A stretch of DNA of 64,000 nucleotides, taken from Gammaproteobacteria bacterium. Its GTDB lineage: Bacteria > Pseudomonadota > Gammaproteobacteria > Eutrophobiales > Eutrophobiaceae. Location: positions 1 through 64,000 of the forward strand of contig CBDCTH010000012.1 in NCBI GenBank assembly GCA_965222155.1. The letters run 5' to 3'. Shown here piece after piece: positions 52,287-61,280 of the stretch. Every line of letters starts with the position of its first letter. Position 1 is the first letter of the stretch. A model generated the notes under the pieces. That model ran no database searches and was not told where the DNA came from. It worked only from the letters and a program-made list of their open reading frames with translations. The position numbers and the translations under genes are program-made.

Positions 52287-53309
52287 ATGGACAAAAAAGT
52301 CAATGTTGCAGTCGTGGGGGCGACAGGTGAGGTAGGAGGCGCCATGTTGTCGATCCTGGCGGAACGGGATTTCCCGGTTGCCGAACTGCGCGCGGTGGCC
52401 AGCAGCCGTTCAGCAGGAAAGCGGATCGAGTTCAAGGATGACGAACTGGTGGTTGAGGACCTGGCTTCATTCGATTTTTCCGATATTGATATCGGGCTGT
52501 TCTCCCCGGGCGCTTCCGTATCCGCGCTTCATGCGCCCCGGGCTGTCGCTGCGGGCACGGTCGTCATCGATAATACCTCACAGTTCCGTTATGAGGATGA
52601 TGTTCCCCTGGTTGTGCCTGAGGTGAATCCCGCAGCCGTAGGACAATATGTTGGGCGCGGCATTATTGCAAACCCGAATTGTTCGACCATACAGATGGTC
52701 ATGGCGTTGAAACCCATTTATGACGCCGTGGGCATTGAGCGCGTCAACGTTGCCACTTACCAGGCCGTGTCCGGCAAAGGGAAAAAGGCGATTGAAGAGC
52801 TGGAGCAGCAGACCATCGCCCTGTTCAACGGCAAACCCGTTTTGCCTACGGAGCATCCCCGACAGATGGCGTTTAACGTGCTGCCCCAGATCGATGCATT
52901 TCAGGAGAACGGCTATACCAGGGAGGAGATGAAGATGGTCTGGGAGACGCAAAAAATCCTGGGAGACGATACAATCCGGGTGAACCCCACTTGTGTCCGT
53001 GTCCCGGTCTTTTACGGTCATTCCGAGGCCGTGCACATCGAAACGAAAGAGAAAATCACCGTTGACGAGGTGAGAACGTTGTTAACCGATTTTCCCGGAG
53101 TCGTCGTGATAGATGAACGGGAGGACGGCGGATACCCTACTGCCGTGACCGAGGCATCCGGGCATGACCCGGTCTTCATCGGCAGGATTCGGGAGGACCT
53201 GTCTCATCCCAGGGGCATTAATTTCTGGGTGGTTTCCGACAATATAAGGAAGGGAGCCGCATTGAACAGTGTTCAAATTGCTGAATATTTGCTAAAACAC
53301 TATTTTTGA
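52287..53309 (+). CDS. asd: Aspartate-semialdehyde dehydrogenase
   Basis: VGATGEVG, ANPNCST, RVPVFYGHSE, DNIRKGAALN. Confidence 0.95.
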   Translation: MDKKVNVAVVGATGEVGGAMLSILAERDFPVAELRAVASSRSAGKRIEFKDDELVVEDLASFDFSDIDIGLFSPGASVSALHAPRAVAAGTVVIDNTSQFRYEDDVPLVVPEVNPAAVGQYVGRGIIANPNCSTIQMVMALKPIYDAVGIERVNVATYQAVSGKGKKAIEELEQQTIALFNGKPVLPTEHPRQMAFNVLPQIDAFQENGYTREEMKMVWETQKILGDDTIRVNPTCVRVPVFYGHSEAVHIETKEKITVDEVRTLLTDFPGVVVIDEREDGGYPTAVTEASGHDPVFIGRIREDLSHPRGINFWVVSDNIRKGAALNSVQIAEYLLKHYF

Positions 53310-53345
53310 CTGCCTGTACGGGTTTACGCAGAGAGGAAAGCCGGG

Positions 53346-54977
53346 ATGAAGCAGAGAAAGTCAACATTTCAGATATTATTTCGCTGTCTGCTGGTAATAC
53401 TGGTGTCTGCCTCGGCACATGCCTTGAATCTGGGGGATATCAACCTGAAATCGGCCCCGGACCAACCGCTGGAGGCAGAAATTCAGTTGCGGGGCGTAGC
53501 TGCAGACGAACAGGACAGTCTGAGCGTCGGCCTGGCTGATGTCGCCGGGTTTCGCTGGGCCGGCATAGAATGGTCCCCGGTCCTGAACCAGTTGCAATTT
53601 GAGCTGAAGCGCGACGCTGACGCTACGGACTACATCCGTATCCACAGCAGTGAGGTGGTTCAGGCGCCCCTGTTACATTTTCTATTGAAAGTAGCCTGGT
53701 CCAAGGGCCGGCTGTTCAGGGAATACACCCTGGAACTGGACACGCCGCTGTACCTCAGCGGCGAGCAGCCGGGTGATGCCGTTGCGCAATCCTTCGCGCC
53801 ACCTGACATTCAGCGTGACTGGGAAGAAGTGAAGGCATCAGTCCGGGAAAACCGTAATTACGGACCGGTTGTCGAATTTGATACCTTATGGTCGCTTGCC
53901 CGCGAACTGCGCCCGGATCCATCCGTCACCATACAACAGATGATCCTGGCCCTGCTGCGCACCAACCCGGATGCCTTCAGTTACGACAATATCAACTGGT
54001 TGAAAAAAGGCGAGGTCCTGTGGATGCCGAATAACTTCGAATTACAGGCGCTCTCCGCGTCGGAGGCATTTGCCGAAGTACTGGCCCAAAACAACTTCTG
54101 GCGTGAGGCCCGCGGCTACGGCACCTTGGAAGCAGAGTTGCAGACTGCTTCCGGCGCAGTTGGACCCGACGGGGGGTTGCGCCTGCTTGCGGTTGCCGAA
54201 GAAGACCGCGAAGATAACGGCGCCGCGGCTGTCGACCCGGACGGCGCGGCACAGGCGGAAGCCCTGGTACTGGCAAACGAACAGGTCGAAGAGTTGTCAC
54301 TGGAAAGAGTAGAACTGGAAGACAAGCTGACAGAAGCTGAGACTATCATTGAGGATCTCAGGCGCCTGGTTGAACTCAAGGATGATGAACTGGCTGCATT
54401 GCAAGGGCAAACCATGAGTGAACAGGCAGAACCGGGACCAGGCCTGCTGGAACGATTGAATTCATTCTATGACTCAACGATTGAGTCATTATCCGGGCCA
54501 AAGTTCCAGGCAACATTTGCTTCAACCTATAACCTGGTCAGGGATTATTGGTATATTGCGCTTGCGTTGCTTGTGGCGCTTGTCCTTGCCGGATTGTTGC
54601 TGCGCCGCAGAAAGCCCGATAACGATAGAGGGGAAGAGGTAACACCCACGGTTGCGAGCCGGTCTGATTTAGCCGAAGCGCTCGCTATCGAGAAAGCGGT
54701 TTTTCCGGATGAGGATAATGGCAAGGATGCAGACAGCGCTACAGAAGACTCCCCGGATGACATCGACGTGGGAGAAGATGAGGCCAAAGATGACGTCGAG
54801 GACGGAGAGGTGGAAGAAGAAGACCTGGTGCAGAATAAACTTGAACTTGCCAGGGCTTATCTTGAACTTGGTGATGAGGAGAACGTCCGTTCCATTCTGC
54901 AAGAAGTTATGTCGGAAGGGAATGCAGCACAAAGGGAAGAGGCGCGGCAATTACTGGAACAGGCTGCGTCAGAGTGA
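53346..54977 (+). CDS. fimV: FimV/HubP-family polar landmark protein
   Basis: Signal peptide, LNLGDI..KS, LysM-like DTLWSLA, acidic linker, KLELARAYLELGD C-terminal motif. Confidence 0.88.
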   Translation: MKQRKSTFQILFRCLLVILVSASAHALNLGDINLKSAPDQPLEAEIQLRGVAADEQDSLSVGLADVAGFRWAGIEWSPVLNQLQFELKRDADATDYIRIHSSEVVQAPLLHFLLKVAWSKGRLFREYTLELDTPLYLSGEQPGDAVAQSFAPPDIQRDWEEVKASVRENRNYGPVVEFDTLWSLARELRPDPSVTIQQMILALLRTNPDAFSYDNINWLKKGEVLWMPNNFELQALSASEAFAEVLAQNNFWREARGYGTLEAELQTASGAVGPDGGLRLLAVAEEDREDNGAAAVDPDGAAQAEALVLANEQVEELSLERVELEDKLTEAETIIEDLRRLVELKDDELAALQGQTMSEQAEPGPGLLERLNSFYDSTIESLSGPKFQATFASTYNLVRDYWYIALALLVALVLAGLLLRRRKPDNDRGEEVTPTVASRSDLAEALAIEKAVFPDEDNGKDADSATEDSPDDIDVGEDEAKDDVEDGEVEEEDLVQNKLELARAYLELGDEENVRSILQEVMSEGNAAQREEARQLLEQAASE

Positions 54978-55002
54978 TGTTATAACCCGGATATTACCGC
55001 TT

Positions 55003-55791
55003 ATGAAGATCGCTGCCGGAGTTGAATATGACGGGTCAAAATATTCGGGATGGCAAAGACAGAAGCTCTCAGTGTCAGTACAGCAGCACGTTGAAGCCGC
55101 CTTGTCGGGCGTCGCCGACCATCCGCTTTCAGTAACCTGTGCCGGTAGAACGGATGCCGGCGTACATGCGCTCAACCAGGTTATTCATTTTGAATCAGAC
55201 GCGCTCCGGGACGCTCATTCCTGGGTATTTGGTTCGAATACCCATTTGCCGGGGGACATCAGTTTGACCTGGGCAAAACCCGTTCAAGCGGATTTTCATG
55301 CGCGTTATTCGGCAACGAGTCGTATTTACAAATATATTATCCTGAATCGCCCTGCGCGGCCGGGCCTGGGCCATGGTTACGTTACCTGGGAATGTCGTCG
55401 CCTGGATTCCGACAGAATGTCCCGGGCAGCTTTGTCATTGGTTGGTGAACATGATTTTACTTCTTACAGGGCAAAATCCTGCCAGGCAAAAACACCCGTC
55501 AGAAACGTTTTGAACCTGAGCGTCAAACGGGATAACGAGCATGTCGTCATTGTTGTTGAAGCCAATGCCTTTCTCCACCACATGGTGCGCAATATCGCTG
55601 GCGTGTTGATAGAGATTGGAATAAGTAAACACGAAGTTGGCTGGGAAATTGACGTGCTTAACGCGAAAAGCAGGGACTGTGGCGGTGTTACCGCCGCGGC
55701 TGCCGGGCTTTACCTGACGGGAGTGAATTATCCTGAAAAATATGGAATTCCGCAACAGCAGACAGACCGTTATTCGGATTACTATTTATAA
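55003..55791 (+). CDS. truA: tRNA pseudouridine(38-40) synthase
   Basis: EYDGSKYSGWQ, AGRTDAGVHA, FHARYSA, FLHHMVRNI. Confidence 0.96.
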   Translation: MKIAAGVEYDGSKYSGWQRQKLSVSVQQHVEAALSGVADHPLSVTCAGRTDAGVHALNQVIHFESDALRDAHSWVFGSNTHLPGDISLTWAKPVQADFHARYSATSRIYKYIILNRPARPGLGHGYVTWECRRLDSDRMSRAALSLVGEHDFTSYRAKSCQAKTPVRNVLNLSVKRDNEHVVIVVEANAFLHHMVRNIAGVLIEIGISKHEVGWEIDVLNAKSRDCGGVTAAAAGLYLTGVNYPEKYGIPQQQTDRYSDYYL

Positions 55792-55803
55792 AGCTACGCA
55801 AAA

Positions 55804-56433
55804 ATGTCTCTGGAGCGCCGAGTAAGGACAAAGATCTGTGGGATTACCCGCGTTGAAGATGCCCGTGCAGCAATCGACGCGGGGGCGGATGCCCTGGGAT
55901 TCGTGTTCTACCAGGCCAGTCCCCGCTATATTGCGCCGCGCCCGGCACAGGAAATCATCAGTCAGCTGGCGCCGTTCCCGGCAAAGGTCGGACTGTTCGT
56001 CGACCCTGATAGGGAAATTGTTTCTGCCGTGCTGAAAACGGCCAATCTGGATATTATTCAGTTTCACGGGGATGAGGAACCCGGTTTTTGCCGTAGTTTC
56101 GACAGACCTTACATCAAGGCTGTGAGGATGGAGCACGGTGTTGATTTGCATGAGATGTGCCGGCACTATGCCGATGCCGCGGCCCTGTTGCTGGACAGCT
56201 ACTCCGAAACCGTCCATGGTGGGACCGGTACCTGTTTTGACTGGAGTTTAATCCCGGCTGAATTATCGAAGCCGATCATCCTTGCCGGGGGGTTAACGGT
56301 TGCAAACGTTGGCCGGGCAGTCGCCGCCTGCAAACCGTATGCAGTTGACGTAAGCAGTGGCGTCGAACTGGACAAGGGGATCAAGGATAAGGCTGAAATA
56401 ATCGCATTCATACGAGAGGTATCAGATGTTTAA
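55804..56433 (+). CDS. trpF: Phosphoribosylanthranilate isomerase
   Basis: KICGIT, QFHGDE, GGTG, LAGGL, DVSSGVE. Confidence 0.96.
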   Translation: MSLERRVRTKICGITRVEDARAAIDAGADALGFVFYQASPRYIAPRPAQEIISQLAPFPAKVGLFVDPDREIVSAVLKTANLDIIQFHGDEEPGFCRSFDRPYIKAVRMEHGVDLHEMCRHYADAAALLLDSYSETVHGGTGTCFDWSLIPAELSKPIILAGGLTVANVGRAVAACKPYAVDVSSGVELDKGIKDKAEIIAFIREVSDV

Positions 56434-56550
56434 ATTGTATTTTTACACGGAAATTTTCATGGATTGTACTATTCCGGTGGTGATAAATCGTCAGGACAGA
56501 CGATATGCACGGCGACAGCTGCCCATAGGGTTGCACACAGGAGGTACGCA

Positions 56551-57741
56551 ATGAATATGCCGGATGAACACGGTCATTTTGGTGTTTATGGCGGTCGATT
56601 TGTCGCAGAGACATTGATTGAACCACTGGATGAATTGACTCGGGCTTATAAGAAGTACCTACACGATGAAGCATTCCTGGCAGAATTAGACCGTGACCTG
56701 AAGACGTTCGTGGGCCGGCCGTCACCCCTGTATCACGCGCGCAGGTGGAGCGGAAAACTGGCCGGAGCCCAGGTCTACCTCAAGCGGGAGGATTTAAATC
56801 ATACCGGCGCCCATAAGGTCAATAATACGGTCGGCCAGGCCCTGTTGGCAAAGAGAATGGGGAAAACCCGTATCATTGCAGAAACCGGCGCGGGTCAGCA
56901 CGGTGTGGCAACCGCTACCGTTGCCGCCCGCCTGGGCCTGGAGTGCGTCGTGTACATGGGCGCTGAAGATATACAGCGCCAGGCTGTGAACGTATTCCGT
57001 ATGAAGTTACTGGGGGCCGAAGTCGTAGAAGTCACCTCCGGTTCACAGACTCTGAAAGACGCCATGAATGAAGCCATGCGCGACTGGGTGAGCAATGTCG
57101 ACGATACGTTTTATATTATCGGCACCGTGGCGGGGCCGCACCCGTATCCGACATTGGTCAGGGACTTGCAGTCAATCATCGGTAGGGAAACCAGACAACA
57201 GTGTCTCGAAGCGACAGGCAAACTGCCTGATGTTCTCATGGCCTGTGTCGGTGGCGGCTCCAATGCTATAGGATTATTTTATCCGTTCCTGAATGATACA
57301 TCGGTGAAGTTAATCGGCGTGGAGGCCGGTGGCCTGGGCCTGCAGACCGACCGGCACGCGGCCCCGTTAAGCGCTGGCAAACCTGGTGTCCTGCATGGCA
57401 ACCGGACTTACCTGATGGTAGATGAGCATGGACAGATCAGGCCTACCCATTCCATTTCTGCCGGGCTTGATTATCCGGGAGTAGGTCCGGAGCATGCCTG
57501 GTTAAAGGATTGCGGCAGGGTAGAGTATGCCACGGTAAATGATACGGAGGCTATTGCTGCATTTCATGACCTTACCCGTACGGAGGGGATCATGCCGGCG
57601 CTGGAATCAAGTCATGCCCTGGCATACGCAATAAAGATAGCCGCGCAGATGGACAGGGACGCTACGATGATCATCAACCTTTCAGGCCGTGGCGATAAGG
57701 ATATTCAGACGATCGCGACCATGGAGGGAATAACACTTTAG
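56551..57741 (+). CDS. trpB: Tryptophan synthase beta chain
   Basis: [49 protein letters not shown]. Confidence 0.97.
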   Translation: MNMPDEHGHFGVYGGRFVAETLIEPLDELTRAYKKYLHDEAFLAELDRDLKTFVGRPSPLYHARRWSGKLAGAQVYLKREDLNHTGAHKVNNTVGQALLAKRMGKTRIIAETGAGQHGVATATVAARLGLECVVYMGAEDIQRQAVNVFRMKLLGAEVVEVTSGSQTLKDAMNEAMRDWVSNVDDTFYIIGTVAGPHPYPTLVRDLQSIIGRETRQQCLEATGKLPDVLMACVGGGSNAIGLFYPFLNDTSVKLIGVEAGGLGLQTDRHAAPLSAGKPGVLHGNRTYLMVDEHGQIRPTHSISAGLDYPGVGPEHAWLKDCGRVEYATVNDTEAIAAFHDLTRTEGIMPALESSHALAYAIKIAAQMDRDATMIINLSGRGDKDIQTIATMEGITL

Positions 57742-57812
57742 GGCGCCCCGCCCTCGACGAGGGCAAGCTGCTCTCGTTCTCAGGGAGCTGATGAAATTAG
57801 CGGGAACTGCTG
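57740..57812. mobile_element. Right half of the 5079-5233-type MITE
   Basis: gggcgccccgccctcgacgagggcaag... followed by ttagcgggaactgctg; left TIR absent. Confidence 0.75.
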
Positions 57813-57992
57813 AAAATAAATCTGCTGTAAAAAAATTGACATTTGAAAGAAGAATGGTTAATCTCAATGGCAATTGTCTCATTAGCGGGATATTACCAAT
57901 GTCTGCATTACGTATCTGTCTAGCTGCTTGCATCAGAGGTATAAGCGATGTTGCAGGAGGTTTCGTGCGCCATGTAGCGTCTATTGCATCTA

Positions 57993-58011
57993 CCCCCCCC
58001 CCCCCCCCCCC
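57993..58011. repeat. Poly-C tract (19 nt)
   Basis: Direct count in the intergenic region upstream of the envelope cluster. Confidence 0.85.
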
Positions 58012-58373
58012 GCATCAGACAATAGGCACTACACCTCTTATCTGAACCGGAATCCGGTCGCTGAACGCGACTTTACGCCGGATGCCTGTTTCGGCTTCGC
58101 CCCCTCCGACGCGATAGCTGTATTCCCCTTACGGTTTCTGAAGAAACCGGGCAGCGCAGCCTGCTCTGCCATCATCACCTGCGGCAATAAAGCGCCGAGT
58201 ATCTATATGCACGCGCTGGGAGTTTTGAGAACTAGGGGACAGGGGAAAGATATCTTCGGTCACTCAGAGAATTCTCACGACACTGTCCTGGCTGCTTCCA
58301 TGGTGCAGTCACTCGACAAGACCTTAGACTCGTCCGCGCACGACGTACAAAGTGCATCCTCAGCAAACTCTCT

Positions 58374-59759
58374 TTGGAGACCATCAATATGAAACAGCCT
58401 GCCAGTCAGAACCTCTTGCCCGGCATTATTTACTTCATCGGCCAAGCGCCTCGCTCCGTCATGGCAACAGTCAGGGCATGGGGCCTGAGATGCAACCGCA
58501 GTGTTTTGTTCGGAATGCTGGCTCTGGGGGTTTTTTCGTTTTTCCCCGGCCTGTCGAACGTGCAGGCGCAGGAAGATGTATCGTACATCTGGGATTGCGA
58601 TATCGAGCCGGACCCGAGTTGTATTGAATGGCCGGAGAAAAACGACATGGCCGTAGATGCGACGGTAGAGGCGCTAAAAAATAATGGCTATATGAAGATC
58701 GCCCTGCCTGCATCTGAACTTTCTCCTGATCTCCTGGAAAAATTTAACCAATTGAACATGACAGACGACTTGATGGATTGCGTTTTACTTTTTAAGAGAG
58801 AAGATGATTCCACGGCAGTAGTTTGCCCTACTGCCGTGGCAGTGCGGGAGGAAATCGAAGAGATAATTGAAGAAGCAGAAGCCTCAGTCACACGCGAGGC
58901 ATCAAGCTACTTTTCACGGACAGTGGTGAATCGGGTGCGCACCTTACGCGCCGCTGCCAAAAGTGGTTTCTCGCCTTCGACAACGCCGCAAACCACCTCG
59001 CAAGATGCCGTGACCGGGCTCAATGCGGGGGACAATACAGCCACAAGGCTTATCGATAACGTAGCGATTGATCTCGGGGGAAGCGGTACGCGCTCCAGGG
59101 GACGCTTCGACAATGCGTCCGTGTACATGCTGGCTACCACCGACAGGGTGCTTAATACGCAGTCTGTCTTGGGATTAGGTCTGGGAGTCGAGCATTCGTG
59201 GGGCGAGTATCAAGTCGCAGAGCTGGATCGCGAATCGACAGGTCTGACCCTGACTGCGTACGGCGCGCGCATACTCAATAAGAATTTCCTCGTGCTGCCT
59301 CACGCCGCCGTGACCTATTTGCGCAAGCGCACGGAACAAGCTCAGATTAAACAACGCGCCGATGCTTGGCGCGCGATGGGGTCACTGGCACTGCTGGGAC
59401 AACATGCGATGGATACCGTCAATCTGAGTGGAGTGGGCCAGTTTGTCTATACCCATGACACCTATGGAGATGCCAGCGTCATGACTGGCGCTGGTGACGA
59501 CCTGTATGTAGGTCAGGGGGTCTTGAGCGGGGAAGTGGCGTTCGTGGCGGATAAAAGAATCCATCCCTTCCTCGGCGTGACCGGAAGCTACGATCTGGTT
59601 CGAAGCACTTCCACCGGCGAGCGGTTCGGTTACGAGATTTCCGCCGGACTTCGTTCAACCTCAGCCTCGGGGCCGGCTATGGCCGCATTGATTTCCTATG
59701 GCAGACGCGACGATGAAAAGACCAAAAGCGGTAGTCTTTTCTTAAAGTTTTCCTGGTGA
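58374..59759 (+). CDS. Outer-membrane beta-barrel (autotransporter-like) protein with short Cys-containing passenger; start may be ATG 58389
   Basis: Signal-like VQA|QE, helical linker, GLNAGD, amphipathic strands, C-terminal LFLKFSW beta-signal. Confidence 0.72.
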   Translation: METINMKQPASQNLLPGIIYFIGQAPRSVMATVRAWGLRCNRSVLFGMLALGVFSFFPGLSNVQAQEDVSYIWDCDIEPDPSCIEWPEKNDMAVDATVEALKNNGYMKIALPASELSPDLLEKFNQLNMTDDLMDCVLLFKREDDSTAVVCPTAVAVREEIEEIIEEAEASVTREASSYFSRTVVNRVRTLRAAAKSGFSPSTTPQTTSQDAVTGLNAGDNTATRLIDNVAIDLGGSGTRSRGRFDNASVYMLATTDRVLNTQSVLGLGLGVEHSWGEYQVAELDRESTGLTLTAYGARILNKNFLVLPHAAVTYLRKRTEQAQIKQRADAWRAMGSLALLGQHAMDTVNLSGVGQFVYTHDTYGDASVMTGAGDDLYVGQGVLSGEVAFVADKRIHPFLGVTGSYDLVRSTSTGERFGYEISAGLRSTSASGPAMAALISYGRRDDEKTKSGSLFLKFSW

Positions 59760-59825
59760 TGAGTCACTGACCCGCCGGAGGACTAAACCCACTGTTAACC
59801 TGTTAACCCTAAGGAGATTCAGACA

Positions 59826-60464
59826 ATGAATAATCATTCTTTCTCAAAACCTGTCAGTAAGTCGATACCGTGCTCAAGCTGGAAATATGCTGTCGGATTC
59901 GGTCGGTTTCTTGTAGTGGCGGGCCTGCTCGCGGTCTTTTCAGCCTGCACGCCGGAGAACATAAAGGTCGTTGAAGTGCCTGTTGAAACGCCCAAGTGTG
60001 AACTGCGTGACTTGCACCAGGCCAACAAGTTCGTCACCGAAGCGTGGGCGGTGCCGGACAGCCAGTTCAACGTGGGTGAACCACTTAGCTTGCAGACACG
60101 GGTCAGCTCACCTTCCTATATGAACATCTTTTACGTGAGTACCTCGTGCAAAGTCACCCGATTGTTGGACAACGAGTGGGTTTCGAAGGATGAAACCGGC
60201 GCAATTATCGGTTTTCCACGTCGCAACAGCGGGATACAGATGGAATTAAAGCCGCCGGCAGGCGAAGAAGCCTTCTACTTTGTGGCGACCCGCCAGAAGC
60301 TGGTATTTCTGGCGAGTAAGGATATTTTGCGCGAAGCGAACGGAATCGCCAGTCTTGACATGAACCCGGAGCAGTTCTACGGAAGGTTGGAACAGGCGCG
60401 TAGACGCATCAATCCGGACGAATGGAGTATTACAACCCTCCGGACGTCCGTTATCAGTCACTGA
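59826..60464 (+). CDS. DUF4384-like lipoprotein
   Basis: Lipobox FSA-C; FNVGEPL...SYMNIFYV...VTRLL...PPAGEEAFYFVAT pattern. Confidence 0.78.
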   Translation: MNNHSFSKPVSKSIPCSSWKYAVGFGRFLVVAGLLAVFSACTPENIKVVEVPVETPKCELRDLHQANKFVTEAWAVPDSQFNVGEPLSLQTRVSSPSYMNIFYVSTSCKVTRLLDNEWVSKDETGAIIGFPRRNSGIQMELKPPAGEEAFYFVATRQKLVFLASKDILREANGIASLDMNPEQFYGRLEQARRRINPDEWSITTLRTSVISH

Positions 60465-60589
60465 AATCAGAAGGGCGAACTGGGCCGGCATCACTCAAAG
60501 CGTTTTACGGAATGTGCGCAAGCAGACAGGCCCGGTATCGCTCCCCGGATTAAGGTGAACCATTTAACTTTAAGAGAGGAGACAACACC

Positions 60590-61234
60590 ATGAAAACGAT
60601 AATCAAATCCATGACCGGCCGGCGTGTCAGGAACGCCGTGTACGGGGCTGTGTGCGCGAGCCTGATCCAGGCCGTAAGCATGGCGCCCGCACAAGCGGAT
60701 GACGCCAACGAGGAGTCTTACCTGAAGGATCTGGACATCCGCCAGGTTGCCATAGCCAAGATCGAAGAGACTCAGACCCTATCCGAGACATCTCCGAGCA
60801 AGCTGAAGGTCTCTGCATCGGTGAACCGGGCAGACCACACTTATAACCACGGCGACAAGGTTGTGCTCACCATCAAGACCACCAAAGACGCCTATGTGTA
60901 TGTCCTCGACACCGGTACCAGCGGTAAAGTGCACCAGATTTTCCCAAATAAATACGCGCAAGAGAATTTCGTGAAAGCAAATGTGCCTGTCGCCATTCCT
61001 GCCGATGACATGTACGATTTCGTCGTTTCGCATCCCAAAGGGCCGGAACTGCTCACCGTCATTGCATCCACCGACGCTTCACCCTTGACCGATAACCTGA
61101 TCGATGGCTCGGCAGGCCCGTTCATGGCATTACGCGGAACGGCAGAGTCAGTGGCCAAGGACCTTAGTGTGTCTCTGCGCCGCGATCAGCACAAGGATAA
61201 GGATATTTCGAATCTGGTGCTATATATCAAATAG
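60590..61234 (+). CDS. Secreted DUF4384-domain protein
   Basis: Signal peptide AQA|DD; YNHGDKV...DAYVYVLD..TSGKVHQIFPN...PKGPELLTVIAS. Confidence 0.83.
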   Translation: MKTIIKSMTGRRVRNAVYGAVCASLIQAVSMAPAQADDANEESYLKDLDIRQVAIAKIEETQTLSETSPSKLKVSASVNRADHTYNHGDKVVLTIKTTKDAYVYVLDTGTSGKVHQIFPNKYAQENFVKANVPVAIPADDMYDFVVSHPKGPELLTVIASTDASPLTDNLIDGSAGPFMALRGTAESVAKDLSVSLRRDQHKDKDISNLVLYIK

Positions 61235-61280
61235 TGGCAAATAGTGGGAATTCCCAAAACTCCTTGCAGACGTATCAACC

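Noticed and set aside
57791-58392. ORFs containing poly-proline
   Set aside because: Produced by the poly-C tract in an intergenic region; no coding evidence
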